DNA of 64,000 nt from Spirochaetales bacterium (GCA_012838895.1 DUOJ01000112.1:5398-69397), one strand, 5' to 3'; numbered from the stretch's first letter, positions 16,968 through 27,321 are shown. Numbers and translations: made by a program. The notes: generated by a model not told the origin, from the letters alone.

Positions 16968-18599
16968 ACCATGATAACAGCGGCTAACATATCGCTCGCC
17001 TACGGCACCCAAGTTCTCTTCAAAGAGGTAAATATAAAGTTTACCCCAGGGAACTGCTACGGTATTATTGGGGCCAATGGGGCGGGCAAATCAACCTTCC
17101 TAAAGATCCTTTCGGGGGAGATTGAGGCCGATACCGGAGACATTATCATAACACCGGGAGAGCGTCTTGCCATCTTAAAACAAGACCACTTCGCCTTCAA
17201 CGACTATAGCGTTGTTGAAACGGTAATCATGGGCTATCCCCGCCTCTGGGAGGTGATGACGCAACGCGATCAAATCTACTCCAAAGAGGAGTTTACCGAA
17301 GAGGATGGTCTTATTGCCGCTGAGCTTGAAGGGGAGTTTGCTGAACTGGGAGGGTGGGAGGCCGAAGCTGAAGCGGGGGTCCTCTTAAGTGGATTGGGAC
17401 TGACTGACAACCTCCTCTCCCTCAAGATGAGTGAGATTGAAGATAACCTCAAGGTGCGGGTCCTCTTGGCTCAAGCACTCTTTGGAAACCCCGATATTCT
17501 CCTCCTCGACGAACCCACCAACCACCTCGACTGGAACTCTATTCGGTGGCTTGAAAATTTCTTGGCTGAATTTAGAAATACAGTCATTGTCGTCTCCCAC
17601 GACCGCCACTTCCTCAATACTGTGTGTACCCACATTGCCGATATCGACTTTGGTAAAATTGAACTCTATGTGGGAAACTACGACTTCTGGTACCTCTCAA
17701 GTCAGCTCGCTCAAAAGCAGGCTAGAGACCTTAAGAAGAGACGTGAAGATAAGATTGCTGAACTTAAAGAATTTATCCAACGCTTTAGCTCTAACCTCTC
17801 AAAAGCGCGCCAGGCAACAAGCCGTAAAAAGCTAATTGACAAACTCACCATTGACGATATCCGCCCCTCGAGCCGTCGCTTCCCCTATGTAGCTTTCAAA
17901 GGGGAGCGTGAAGTGGGGCGCAATATCTTGGAGGTTAAAAATCTCACCAAGATAGTCGATGGGGTTAAGGTTTTAGATAACTTCTCTTTGACGGTTAATC
18001 GTGAAGATAAGATTGCCTTTGTGGGGCCCAACCACGCCGCAAAAACCCTCTTCTTTGAGATTATCATGGGGAACATTGAGGCCGACAGTGGCTCTTACGA
18101 GTGGGGAGTGACTACCAAACAGAGCTATTTCCCTAAAGACAATAGCCACTACTTTGACCAAAACCTCACTATTATTGAGTGGCTAAGCCAGTTCTCACAA
18201 GAGAAAGATGAGACCTTCTTGCGCTCCTTCTTAGGAAGAATGCTCTTTTCAGGCGATGAGGCGCTCAAAGTGTGTCACGTCTTGAGTGGGGGAGAGCGGG
18301 TGCGGTGTGTCCTATCGCGGATGATGCTTGAACAGGGCAACGTACTTATCCTTGATGAGCCCACCAACCACCTCGACCTTGAGGCAATCTCAAGCTTGAA
18401 CAACGGTCTAATCGACTTCACTGGAGTGGTCCTTTTCAACAGTCACGACCACCAGTTTGTCGAGACGATTGCCAATAGAATTGTAGAGTTTGGCCCTGCC
18501 GGCGAGGTTATTGACCGGATAATGGGCTTTGAAGAGTATTTGGAGAGCGACCTTGTGAAGCAACAAAAGGCGCTCTTCTCCCTCAAAGAGGGGGCGTAG
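16968..18599 (+). CDS. ABC-F family ATPase (two fused ABC cassettes, no TM domain)
   Basis: ORF 16917 trimmed to ATG 16968; AGGAG lies upstream and the earlier codons sit inside the terminator hairpin. Walker A GANGAGKST, two LLLDEPTNHLD / ILDEPTNHLD Walker B boxes, signature LSGGERVR, and a charged linker (ARDLKKRREDKIAELKEFI) typical of ABC-F. Confidence 0.85.
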   Translation, partial: TMITAANISLAYGTQVLFKEVNIKFTPGNCYGIIGANGAGKSTFLKILSGEIEADTGDIIITPGERLAILKQDHFAFNDYSVVETVIMGYPRLWEVMTQRDQIYSKEEFTEEDGLIAAELEGEFAELGGWEAEAEAGVLLSGLGLTDNLLSLKMSEIEDNLKVRVLLAQALFGNPDILLLDEPTNHLDWNSIRWLENFLAEFRNTVIVVSHDRHFLNTVCTHIADIDFGKIELYVGNYDFWYLSSQLAQKQARDLKKRREDKIAELKEFIQRFSSNLSKARQATSRKKLIDKLTIDDIRPSSRRFPYVAFKGEREVGRNILEVKNLTKIVDGVKVLDNFSLTVNREDKIAFVGPNHAAKTLFFEIIMGNIEADSGSYEWGVTTKQSYFPKDNSHYFDQNLTIIEWLSQFSQEKDETFLRSFLGRMLFSGDEALKVCHVLSGGERVRCVLSRMMLEQGNVLILDEPTNHLDLEAISSLNNGLIDFTGVVLFNSHDHQFVETIANRIVEFGPAGEVIDRIMGFEEYLESDLVKQQKALFSLKEGA

Positions 18600-18610
18600 G
18601 AGGCGTTCAA

Positions 18611-19375
18611 ATGTTGTTGGTTGTCGATATTGGTAATACCCATGTGGTGATGGGCCTCTACAAAGAGGAGCAGTTAGTAGCTACTTGGCGCATCTACTCT
18701 GATCAGAAGAAGACCAGCGACGAATATGCTGTAATTGTAGAGCGCATTATTCGCCAAAAGGGGTTTAAGTGCGAGGAGGTTAAACGGGGAGTAATCAGTT
18801 CGGTTGTCCCTAATTTGACCCGCTCTTTCCAGAAAGTGATCTACACCCTCACCGCAGTTGACCCCCTCATGGTCTCCCATGCTACTGCCCCTGGGATTGT
18901 CTTAGAGAGTATTCCCCCCCAATTGGGGTACGACCTTTTAGCTAATGCGGTCGCTGCCCACAGTAAGTGGCCCAATGGGAACTGTGTCATCATCGACTTT
19001 GGAACTGCCCTCACTTTCACCATAGTCTCTAAAGAGGGGCAACTCCTGGGGGCTGCCATAGCCCCCGGTTTGTTGACAGCGGTCAATTCCCTCTTTCACA
19101 ATACTGCCCAAATTCCCCAAGTTTCTCTCGATATCCCCGTCAGAGCAATTGGGCGCGATAGCGACGAGTCGATTAAGAGTGGCATTATGTTTGGCTATGC
19201 AGGACTCGTTAAGGAGCTCCTTAAGAGGATAGAGGAGGAGGTGGGGGAGAGGCTCTTTGTGGTCGCCACCGGTGGCCTCTCATCAACTATTGCCCCCCTT
19301 TTAACCCAAGTCGATAGCATAGAGCCCCACCTAACTTTAGAGGGGCTCAAGATTATTGCTAACGCAACTAAATAA
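18611..19375 (+). CDS. coaX: Type III pantothenate kinase
   Basis: MLLVVDIGNTHVVMGLY, IIDFGTALTF and ATGGLS are the CoaX acetate/sugar-kinase fold motifs. Confidence 0.85.
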   Translation: MLLVVDIGNTHVVMGLYKEEQLVATWRIYSDQKKTSDEYAVIVERIIRQKGFKCEEVKRGVISSVVPNLTRSFQKVIYTLTAVDPLMVSHATAPGIVLESIPPQLGYDLLANAVAAHSKWPNGNCVIIDFGTALTFTIVSKEGQLLGAAIAPGLLTAVNSLFHNTAQIPQVSLDIPVRAIGRDSDESIKSGIMFGYAGLVKELLKRIEEEVGERLFVVATGGLSSTIAPLLTQVDSIEPHLTLEGLKIIANATK

Positions 19376-20594
19376 CGAAGAGTCCCCCCTCCATGATGGC
19401 CACCTCACCGGTAGGCGTCTCTGCCGTGATAGTTAAATCGGCTGATCCTACCATGAAGTCGGTGTGGACAGCGGAGGTGTTACACCCCGCTCGATTGAGC
19501 AGCTCTTCATTAGTTAAAGCCTCACTCCCTTTAAGGGTACTGGGATAGCCGGCCCCTAAAGCTAGGTGGCACGAAGCGTTCTCATCGTAGAGGATTGAGC
19601 CAAATACCCGTTTGCTCTTGGCAATGGGTGAGCTCTCATCAACGAGAGCCACCTCGCCTAAGTATCTGGCCCCCTTATCGATCTCTAAGAAGCGATTCAT
19701 CACCTCTTGACCCACTTCAGCGTGACAATCAACGACTCGCCCCTCTTTAAAGGTGAGAGTGACCCCTTCAACGATTGTATCTAAGACCGAAACCGGGCGA
19801 GTGGTGGTTACCACCCCATTCACATCAAGATAATCGGGAGTGGTGAAGATCTCTTCGGTGGGGATATTGGGGAGGAAGTGGCGACCACTGGGGAGGGTAT
19901 CACCGCCACCGACCCAAAGGTGCGCCTCAGGGAGACCAACCCTTAAATTAGCCGTTTTACTCTTAAAGTTGAGGGCCCTAATATTGAGGGCATCGAGCTT
20001 AGCACTCCGCTCTTTAAGGAGGTTACTTTGTTTCTCCCACGCCTCAATAGGGTTAGCGTGATCGAGTTTAAGAATTGGTCCCACAATGTTCCACAACTCC
20101 TCAACCGTCCCTTCTTTTCCCAACACATCTTTGGCCCACACTTCGCCTGGGACACAAATAACACACCAGGGAATTTCATGACGCATCCGCTTAGCACTAA
20201 GTAATTTACCGGCGCGACTCAAAGCGCTCTTGTAGAGTGCCAGTTTATTAGCATCAGCACCCACTAATTGGTGTCGATTCTCGGTGTTGTCGATCCTTAT
20301 ATAGGCCCAATCTTTGACTATCATCTCGTAGTCGACCACTTTTTGGTAGTCGGGGAGGTCGCTAAGGTGCCTCTCCTCTTGGTGCTCAAGGCGCTTCTTG
20401 AGGAGATGGAGGTCATCTAACTCAATTTTAACGAGGGCAGCCCCCTTCTCGTAAGCCCTCTCTGCTAAAGCTTGGGCAAACCAATAACTCTCTAAAGGGG
20501 TTCTAATCAGGAGCGATTGCCCCGCATAGAGGGCCACACCACTGCTGACAACTAAATCGGCATACTCTTTAACCATTTGTCGAATACTCTTCAT
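19368..20594 (-). CDS. M29-family aminopeptidase (AmpS/PepS/AmpT type), apparently catalytically intact
   Basis: 408 aa. IPTEEIFTTPD, YLGEVALVD, LYDENASCHLALG and AVHTDFMVG carry the Glu/Glu/His/His/Asp metal-ligand pattern of family M29. Confidence 0.85.
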   Translation of the reverse strand: MKSIRQMVKEYADLVVSSGVALYAGQSLLIRTPLESYWFAQALAERAYEKGAALVKIELDDLHLLKKRLEHQEERHLSDLPDYQKVVDYEMIVKDWAYIRIDNTENRHQLVGADANKLALYKSALSRAGKLLSAKRMRHEIPWCVICVPGEVWAKDVLGKEGTVEELWNIVGPILKLDHANPIEAWEKQSNLLKERSAKLDALNIRALNFKSKTANLRVGLPEAHLWVGGGDTLPSGRHFLPNIPTEEIFTTPDYLDVNGVVTTTRPVSVLDTIVEGVTLTFKEGRVVDCHAEVGQEVMNRFLEIDKGARYLGEVALVDESSPIAKSKRVFGSILYDENASCHLALGAGYPSTLKGSEALTNEELLNRAGCNTSAVHTDFMVGSADLTITAETPTGEVAIMEGGLFVI

Positions 20595-20602
20595 ATATCA
20601 CC

Positions 20603-21781
20603 TCAAAAAATAAATTCTCCATCTCGCATTACAACACCCTCTCCCTCACACGAGACACTCAACCCCTCTAGCGAGAAGGGGACCCTTACCCGAATAGCAC
20701 TTAAGTTGCACCCCGTTGCACGAGCGAGCTCCTCCTCGTCAGAGTACTCTCCGAGAGCCTCGATGTGGGAGGCTTCCCCCATCCCAAAGGTGAAGGAGTT
20801 GCTCACCCCTTGGTCAAACCCTCTGTAACCCCACTCAGTTGTCAGTGGTGGCAGGGCGAGTCGCTTATCGATAAGGGAGATTTCACTCACCCGTCTAGCC
20901 CCCTCATCTATTTCGAAAGCTAGAGAGAGGAGCTCTTCACCCCGTTCTGCGGTGTAGCTAGTTAATTCTCCCTCAAAGAAGTTGAAAGTTGCCCCCTCAA
21001 CAACACCCCCCAACAATTTGAAAGGGATAGATGCGGTAATGGTGCCACTGATGGTGTGGCACGCTGTTAACATAGTGAGAGGACCCAAGGGGAGGTGGGC
21101 AATAAAGGTCCTTCCATCCTCCAGGTGGTAGAGGCCACTACGCCAACGGGAGTTGGGGTTAATAGCCACTTTAAAGTTGCTTCCGCCCCCCTCAAAGTGG
21201 TAGCTCTCCCCCTCCAATCGATTGAGATGTCCCAAATAGCGTTGCACCAGAGCTTGTCTCTCTTGGTCAAACCTCTCCTCTTCAAGGGCAAAGAGCTTTC
21301 CAAAGAGGTTCCACAATTGGTCTTCATCTAGATTGAGGTAGGCAGCCCACCCCTCAGAGGGGTAGGGGATAACTGCCCAAGGGGCCACCTCTTTATTGAG
21401 TTGGGGTGGGGCAAGGTTGCCTACCGCCTGGAGGAGGGGGGCACTTTTAGCTACTACAGAGGCCTCCTCCTCAACCTCCCAGTGGCGCCCTGCCGTATCG
21501 TCTATTCTCAACATGACGGGACGGGCGGGATGATTTGTATCAATGGGGCTTAAGAGTGGCTTAACCTTAATTGCTTCACTGACTCTTCCCCCCTCAAGGG
21601 GGACAACATGGACCTCTTTGAGGGTAATCTCACTCGCCTCTTGGGCAATCTCGAGGGCCACCTCCAGGTGGTTCATCTCGGTGTTAATTGAGAGTGCATC
21701 AAAAGTTTTAAGTTTAAGGACCACCTCAATAATGTATTTTAGATAGCGTTCTTGCCATTTCTCTCTCTTTTCCATTGCCAA
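20603..21781 (-). CDS. M29 aminopeptidase-like paralogue with degenerate metal site (probable pseudo-peptidase)
   Basis: 392 aa, collinear with the downstream M29 gene. The ligand blocks read LPLGPLTML (EE lost), RVSEISLID (Glu kept), FDQGVSNSFTFG (His to Ser) and AIRVRVPF (His and Asp both to Arg). Confidence 0.7.
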   Translation of the reverse strand: MAMEKREKWQERYLKYIIEVVLKLKTFDALSINTEMNHLEVALEIAQEASEITLKEVHVVPLEGGRVSEAIKVKPLLSPIDTNHPARPVMLRIDDTAGRHWEVEEEASVVAKSAPLLQAVGNLAPPQLNKEVAPWAVIPYPSEGWAAYLNLDEDQLWNLFGKLFALEEERFDQERQALVQRYLGHLNRLEGESYHFEGGGSNFKVAINPNSRWRSGLYHLEDGRTFIAHLPLGPLTMLTACHTISGTITASIPFKLLGGVVEGATFNFFEGELTSYTAERGEELLSLAFEIDEGARRVSEISLIDKRLALPPLTTEWGYRGFDQGVSNSFTFGMGEASHIEALGEYSDEEELARATGCNLSAIRVRVPFSLEGLSVSCEGEGVVMRDGEFIF

Positions 21782-21820
21782 ACAATACTACAAAGATTTC
21801 CTTTAATAAAGAGAGACTCC

Positions 21821-21849
21821 TTGACGAAGAGACAACTTTCGGCTATGAA
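21821..21849 (+). promoter_or_regulatory. Sigma-70-type promoter for tRNA-Gly (and probably the Pur-alpha-like gene)
   Basis: TTGACG (21821-26) -N17- TATGAA (21844-49), 10 nt before the tRNA 5' end. Confidence 0.5.
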
Positions 21850-21859
21850 TAGGAGTCGT

Positions 21860-21930
21860 GCGCCTGTGGTATAGTGGTATTACCTCAGCCTTCCAAGCTG
21901 AAGAGGCGGGTTCGATTCCCGTCGGGCGCT
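21860..21930 (+). tRNA. tRNA-Gly (anticodon UCC)
   Basis: GCGCCTGTGGTATAGTGGTATTACCTCAGCCTTCCAAGCTGAAGAGGCGGGTTCGATTCCCGTCGGGCGCT. Anticodon stem TCAGC/GCTGA, loop CTTCCAA, T-arm GCGGG-TTCGATT-CCCGT. No encoded CCA. Confidence 0.9.
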
Positions 21931-21997
21931 TATGGCCCCCCTTAAAGTTGAGACTCACTTGTTATGCTCTTTAAGGGTAGTGGATAAGAGGTGGATT

Positions 21998-22237
21998 ATG
22001 GGAGTACGTGGAGAGGTCTTCACCACAAAGTTTATCAGTGGAGAGAGAACCTATTTTTTTAATGTTAAAGAGAATGTTTATGGTGATCTCTTTCTAAATA
22101 TTGTTGAGAGCAAAGGGACTGAGGGGGGAACTACCCGTTTCATCCGCCAATCAATTATTGTCTACAAAGAAGATTTAGAGGGGTTTGTCAAAGAGTTTCA
22201 AAATACCCTCGATTTTATTAAACAACACAAAGGTTAG
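21998..22237 (+). CDS. Bacterial Pur-alpha-like (PUR repeat) nucleic-acid-binding protein
   Basis: ORF 21932 trimmed to ATG 21998, with AAGAGGTGG upstream. GEVFTTKFISGERTYFFNVKENVYGDLFLNIVESK...RQSIIVYKEDLEGFVKEFQ matches the single PUR-repeat proteins of spirochetes and Bacteroidetes. Confidence 0.7.
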   Translation: MGVRGEVFTTKFISGERTYFFNVKENVYGDLFLNIVESKGTEGGTTRFIRQSIIVYKEDLEGFVKEFQNTLDFIKQHKG

Positions 22238-22779
22238 TAGTTGAAGGTGAGCCGTTGGATGGGGCTGGGTCCCCATTGGCGACACGCCTCTTTGTGCCCC
22301 TTAGTGGGGTACCCCTTGTGTTGAGCATAGCCGTATTGGGGGTAGAGTTTATCGACCCGCTCCATAAAACGATCCCGCGCACATTTGGCCAAGATTGAGG
22401 CCGCCATAATCTCCCAGACTTGGTTATCACCCTGGATGATGGGGTAGCAAGGAACACCCAATTGGGGCGTTTGATTGCCATCGACGACTACAAGGTCAAC
22501 GGCGGTGTTGAGGCGTTCAAAAGAGCGCTCCATCGCCCTTAAGGTCGCCTTTAGGATGTTAATTTGATCTATTTCACGGTGACTTGCCCAGGCGACGCTC
22601 CACGCAACAGCCCCCTCTTTTATAACCTTTTCCACCTCAAGGCGCCGTTTGGGGGAGAGCTTTTTCGAATCTCTTAAAATCTCAAAGGGGAAGTCTTTAG
22701 GAAGAATAACAGCGGCTGCACACACCGGACCAGCTAAGGGTCCCCGTCCAGCCTCATCAATACCACAAATAATTGCCAT
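22234..22779 (-). CDS. rnhB: Ribonuclease HII
   Basis: MAIICGIDEAGRGPLAGPV, DSKKLS and HKGY motifs. Confidence 0.9.
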   Translation of the reverse strand: MAIICGIDEAGRGPLAGPVCAAAVILPKDFPFEILRDSKKLSPKRRLEVEKVIKEGAVAWSVAWASHREIDQINILKATLRAMERSFERLNTAVDLVVVDGNQTPQLGVPCYPIIQGDNQVWEIMAASILAKCARDRFMERVDKLYPQYGYAQHKGYPTKGHKEACRQWGPSPIQRLTFNY

Positions 22780-22807
22780 AAATAGAGCTTAAAAGGGGCT
22801 GGGGACT

Positions 22808-22836
22808 TTGTCAATTAACCCCCTTTGTGATATAAT
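22808..22836 (+). promoter_or_regulatory. Strong sigma-70-type promoter for smc
   Basis: TTGTCA (22808-13) -N17- TATAAT (22831-36), with an extended -10 TGa immediately upstream. Confidence 0.6.
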
Positions 22837-22863
22837 AGTAAAAACAAGCGGTAGGAGAGCTAT

Positions 22864-25665
22864 TTGTTTCTTAAAAGTCTTGAATTATATGGTTTTAAAT
22901 CGTTTGCCGATAAAACCCGCTTAGAGTTCGGGGAAGGGATAACTAGCCTCTTAGGCCCCAACGGTTGTGGCAAAAGCAACATCGTTGATGCCATCAAGTG
23001 GGTTTTGGGTGAACAGTCAACAAAAACCCTCCGTGCTGGTAAGATGGAAGATGTAATCTTCAACGGCACCGAAAACCGCAAAGCCCTCAACGTAGCCGAA
23101 GTCTCACTCGTGATTGGCAATGAGAGGCGCCAACTCCCCATCGACCATAGCGAAGTTGAAATTAGGCGAAGACTCTACCGCTCCGGTGAGAGTGAGTTTT
23201 TTATCAACCGCAACCAGGTTCGACTCCGCGATATCAGGGAGCTTTTCTACGATACTGGGATTGGCAAAAGTGCCTACTCAATCTTAGAACAGGGTAAAAT
23301 TGACCAAATCTTGAGCAATAAACCGGAAGACCGCCGCTACATCTTCGAAGAGGCGGCTGGCATTACCCGCTACCGCCAACAGGGCTTAGAGGCCAACCGT
23401 AAATTAGAGCGAACCGAAGAGAATATTGAGCAAGTTGAGACCCTCCTGGGTGAAATAAAGCGCCAATACGACCTGAGAAAAGGGCAAGCAGCTAAAGTTG
23501 TCCGCTACCGAGAACTTGAAAAAGAGCAGACCGAAATTGAGGTAAGCCTCCAACTCTCCACCATCCAGAGCTACCAAGAGCTGCGTCAAAAGAGGGTTGA
23601 GGAGCTTGAAGAGAGCCGCCAAAACTACCAAGAACTTAAAGCAGAGATTGAGAAGCGCTCAAAAGAGTTGGAAGAGGAGCAGGATGGGGTGAGGGCGCGT
23701 GAAGACCAGCGCTACATGATCCAGTCTAAGCTCCACCGCCTCGAAGAACAGGCCATTGGGAAAGAGGAGCAATTGAAACTCCTCTCCCAGCGCTACCGCG
23801 ACTTTATTGAGAGCAAGTCTGATTACGATGAGCGTTCACGGCAGCTCCTTGAGCGCCTTAAACGGGACGAAGAGCAACTCGACTCCCACTACCACCTCAA
23901 AGAGGAGATAGAGGAGAAGGTTGAGAAGATTAAAGTTGAGATTGATAAGAATGAGATGCTCTTAAAGGAGACCCAAGAGGCGATTCGAAGCAACGATGAA
24001 GCGGTTGCCAAGAATGAAGACGATATCATAGTCCAAGAGAAAATCCAGCAGGAACTGAGTGTTACTTTACAAGAGCTAGTTGACCGCCTTGTTAGTGAAC
24101 TCGATGAGAAACTTAAAGAGTACTCCCTCACTAAACGCCAAGGGGCTGAGAGAGAGCTCGATAATGTATTTGCCCAATTTACCCAAACGCTTAGGGACCA
24201 CAAGGACTACTCTAAAGCGGTCTACTCAATCGATGGGGAAGAGGCTAAAGGGGAGTGGGTCCGCCTCTATGGTGAACTTGAGAACTCTTTGGCGACCCTC
24301 AAAGGGGCCTTTGAACGCTACCAAGCAACCCTCCCCAGTTTTATCGACGAATTTTTAGCCCCCGAAGGGATTATTACCCAAAAGCACACTATTGACAGCT
24401 CTCTTGAAGCCTCCCGCAACAAGATGGCTAATCACCGCCAAAATATTATTTCCCTCCGCGATGAGCGCCTTAAGCTGGTCGCCCGCCGCGAACAATACCG
24501 GGAAGAGTCGGTTCAGCTCAGGATTTCCCAAGGTGAACTCTCTGAAAGACTCACCTCAGTCAAAGGGGCGATTGAGGCGTTAGAGAAGAACTCAATGGAG
24601 CAAAACTACCTCTACAGCGACCTCGTTAAGGGGGGAGAGTTAGCCCAAGAGCGCCTCAGTGAAACAGCTAAACTTATTGAAAACGTTAAAGATGAACAAG
24701 ACGATATTAGGGAAGAGAATCGCCTCTTAACTGAAGAGCTAGAGGCGGTGGTGCGCCAAATTGGCCTTGAAAACGAACGCCTTGGAGGTGAGCGGACTAA
24801 GATGAACCAACGTCACGACCGCCTCTCTGAGCTGCGTTCGAATATCGATAAATATAGCTACCACGTGGAGAGCCTCGAGGGGCAAATTGAGCAAGTTTAT
24901 ATCACCTTCTTTGACACCTACGGCAAGAGTCTAAAAGAGTACGATGAACGCTTGGGTGAATCTCTTGGCGATGTTAAAGAGTTAAGAGAAGAGCTCACTA
25001 AGATTAAGAAGCAGATTCAACAGATGGGGTATATCAACCACATGGCTGAGCAAGAGTTTGCCGAAGTTAAAGAGCGCTACGACTTCTTAAATGCCCAAAT
25101 GAGTGACTTAGATAGGGCCCGTAAAGACCTCTTCCAGGTGATTGAGGAGATTGAAAACCGCTCTGAGAAACTCTTTTTAGAGACCTATCAGCGGATAAGG
25201 GGAGCTTTTCAAGAGATGTTCCACCGCATGTTTGGGGGAGGGAGGGCCGATTTACGCCTTCTAGACCCCGAGAATCCTTTAGAGAGTGGAATCGATATCT
25301 TAGCCCAGCCTCCTGGGAAGAAGCTCGATCGCCTAGCGCCTCTCTCGGGAGGGGAGAAGTCGCTCACAGCAGTGGCGCTCCTCTTTGCCACCTACAAGGT
25401 AAAACCCTCCCCCTTCTGTGTCCTAGATGAGATTGACGCTGCTCTTGATGACCGCAATATTGGATTTTTCCTAAATGTATTAGAAGACTTTAGCCACGAC
25501 TCCCAGTTTGTAATAATTACCCACAACAAGCGGACCGTCTTAGGCGCAGATACCCTCCTGGGCGTCACAATGCAGGAGAGGGGGGTCTCTAAAGCGATTA
25601 GCTACCGGATGGGGCTTGAGGATGAAGAGCCACAGGTTGACACTGATTTGGGTAATACAGTATAA
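22864..25665 (+). CDS. smc: Chromosome partition protein SMC (short, 933 aa)
   Basis: TTG start. N-terminal FKSFADKT...LLGPNGCGKSNIVDAI and long heptad-rich coiled coils. C-terminal signature LSGGEKSLTAVALLFA and Walker B FCVLDEIDAALD. Confidence 0.9.
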   Translation: MFLKSLELYGFKSFADKTRLEFGEGITSLLGPNGCGKSNIVDAIKWVLGEQSTKTLRAGKMEDVIFNGTENRKALNVAEVSLVIGNERRQLPIDHSEVEIRRRLYRSGESEFFINRNQVRLRDIRELFYDTGIGKSAYSILEQGKIDQILSNKPEDRRYIFEEAAGITRYRQQGLEANRKLERTEENIEQVETLLGEIKRQYDLRKGQAAKVVRYRELEKEQTEIEVSLQLSTIQSYQELRQKRVEELEESRQNYQELKAEIEKRSKELEEEQDGVRAREDQRYMIQSKLHRLEEQAIGKEEQLKLLSQRYRDFIESKSDYDERSRQLLERLKRDEEQLDSHYHLKEEIEEKVEKIKVEIDKNEMLLKETQEAIRSNDEAVAKNEDDIIVQEKIQQELSVTLQELVDRLVSELDEKLKEYSLTKRQGAERELDNVFAQFTQTLRDHKDYSKAVYSIDGEEAKGEWVRLYGELENSLATLKGAFERYQATLPSFIDEFLAPEGIITQKHTIDSSLEASRNKMANHRQNIISLRDERLKLVARREQYREESVQLRISQGELSERLTSVKGAIEALEKNSMEQNYLYSDLVKGGELAQERLSETAKLIENVKDEQDDIREENRLLTEELEAVVRQIGLENERLGGERTKMNQRHDRLSELRSNIDKYSYHVESLEGQIEQVYITFFDTYGKSLKEYDERLGESLGDVKELREELTKIKKQIQQMGYINHMAEQEFAEVKERYDFLNAQMSDLDRARKDLFQVIEEIENRSEKLFLETYQRIRGAFQEMFHRMFGGGRADLRLLDPENPLESGIDILAQPPGKKLDRLAPLSGGEKSLTAVALLFATYKVKPSPFCVLDEIDAALDDRNIGFFLNVLEDFSHDSQFVIITHNKRTVLGADTLLGVTMQERGVSKAISYRMGLEDEEPQVDTDLGNTV

Positions 25666-25686
25666 GTGGGTTGGTTTTGGTGAACA

Positions 25687-27018
25687 ATGTTTGATTCAAT
25701 AAGTGCAAAATTTACAAATATAATTCGAACTTTTAGCGGAAAAGCGAAGATAACCGAGAGGAACATCGAAGAGGCCGTTGAGGAGATTAAAATTGCCCTC
25801 CTCGAAGCCGATGTTAACCTCCGTGTTGTACGACGCTTTGTCAACCGAACAATGGAAGAGGCTAAAGGGGAGAAGGTCCTCAAATCGGTCGACCCAGGGC
25901 AGCAGTTTGTCAAGATAATTTACGACAGAATGGTCCAACTCTTAGGGGATGAGGAGAGTCAGCAGCTCAACCTTAAAGGGCCCGATACCACCTCGGTAAT
26001 CTTGATGATGGGACTCCAAGGCTCTGGTAAGACAACCACCGCTGCCAAATTAGCCCACAAGTTTAAGAAGGAGGGGCGTCGCCCCCTCTTGGTTGCTGCC
26101 GACTTAGTGCGTCCAGCTGCTGTCTTACAGCTTCAAGTCTTGGGAGAGCAGATTGGGGTGCCAGTCTACAGTGAAGAGACTAAAGACCCGGTAAGGGTGG
26201 CTAAAAACAGCTTAGCTGAGGCTAAAAAGGGGCAATACAACACCCTTATTATCGACACCTCGGGACGTATGCACCTCGACGAAGAGATGATGGGGGAGAT
26301 TCAAAAGATCCAAAAGGCGGTTAACGCCGATGAGCGCCTCTTCGTGGCCGACGCCATGACGGGCCAAAATGCGGTCACTATCGCCCAAGAGTTTGAAGAG
26401 AAGGTGGGGATAACGGGAGTTATCTTGAGTAAGTTTGACTCCGACACCCGCGGCGGTGCAGCCCTCTCTCTCCGTTCAATTGTGGGTAAGCCGATAAAGT
26501 TTATTGGGGTGGGTGAGAAGGTTGACGATTTAGAAGTTTTCTACCCCGATCGAATGGCTAGTCGAATCTTGGGGATGGGGGATATTGTCACCCTAGTTGA
26601 AAAGGCCCAAGAGACGATCGATGTTGCTGAAGCTGAGCGGATGCAGGAGAAGATGGCTAAAAACACCTTCGACTTGCAAGACTATCTAGACCAAATTGAG
26701 AGTATGAATAAGATGGGTTCAATCGATAAGTTGATCGATATGATTCCCGGTGCCAAAGGGACGATAAGTGAAGACGATATCGATACTGCTGAGTTTAAAC
26801 GAGAAAAGGCGATTATTCAGTCGATGACCTATGCGGAGAGGGCAAATTATCGTATAATAGGCCCGCTAAGGCGAAAACGGATTGCCGCCGGTAGTGGAAC
26901 TGCCGTCTACGATGTCAATCGGTTGTTGAAAAAGTTTGAAAAGATGCGACTTACGATGAAAAAGTTTGCAAAGAATAAAAAATACCAAGCTTCAATGATG
27001 AAACACATGGGAATGTAG
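25687..27018 (+). CDS. ffh: Signal recognition particle protein Ffh
   Basis: NG domain ([36 protein letters not shown]) and a Met-rich M domain (RILGMGD...MMKHMGM). Confidence 0.95.
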   Translation: MFDSISAKFTNIIRTFSGKAKITERNIEEAVEEIKIALLEADVNLRVVRRFVNRTMEEAKGEKVLKSVDPGQQFVKIIYDRMVQLLGDEESQQLNLKGPDTTSVILMMGLQGSGKTTTAAKLAHKFKKEGRRPLLVAADLVRPAAVLQLQVLGEQIGVPVYSEETKDPVRVAKNSLAEAKKGQYNTLIIDTSGRMHLDEEMMGEIQKIQKAVNADERLFVADAMTGQNAVTIAQEFEEKVGITGVILSKFDSDTRGGAALSLRSIVGKPIKFIGVGEKVDDLEVFYPDRMASRILGMGDIVTLVEKAQETIDVAEAERMQEKMAKNTFDLQDYLDQIESMNKMGSIDKLIDMIPGAKGTISEDDIDTAEFKREKAIIQSMTYAERANYRIIGPLRRKRIAAGSGTAVYDVNRLLKKFEKMRLTMKKFAKNKKYQASMMKHMGM

Positions 27019-27040
27019 TTGCGTTGAGCAGGAGGAAGTT

Positions 27041-27304
27041 GTGAGTACTAGTATAAGGTTGAAGAGAATGGGCTCTAAAAAAAGACCCTATTACCGCCTT
27101 GTGGTAACCGATTCAAGGGCCGCTCGTGATAGCCGAACAATTGAAGAGGTGGGATTCTACCACCCCGTCGAGGCTGAAGATAAGCAGGTCTCTTTGAAAG
27201 AGGATCGAATTAAAGAGTGGATTGCTAAGGGTGCTCAACCTACAGCAACCGTTAAGAGAATTCTCAACAAACACCAAATCACACTCGATAGAACACAAGA
27301 GTAG
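27041..27304 (+). CDS. rpsP: 30S ribosomal protein S16
   Basis: GTG start with GGAGG upstream. [28 protein letters not shown] matches the S16 N-terminus. Confidence 0.95.
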   Translation: MSTSIRLKRMGSKKRPYYRLVVTDSRAARDSRTIEEVGFYHPVEAEDKQVSLKEDRIKEWIAKGAQPTATVKRILNKHQITLDRTQE

Positions 27305-27321
27305 GTGGGGGAGGTCTCAGA

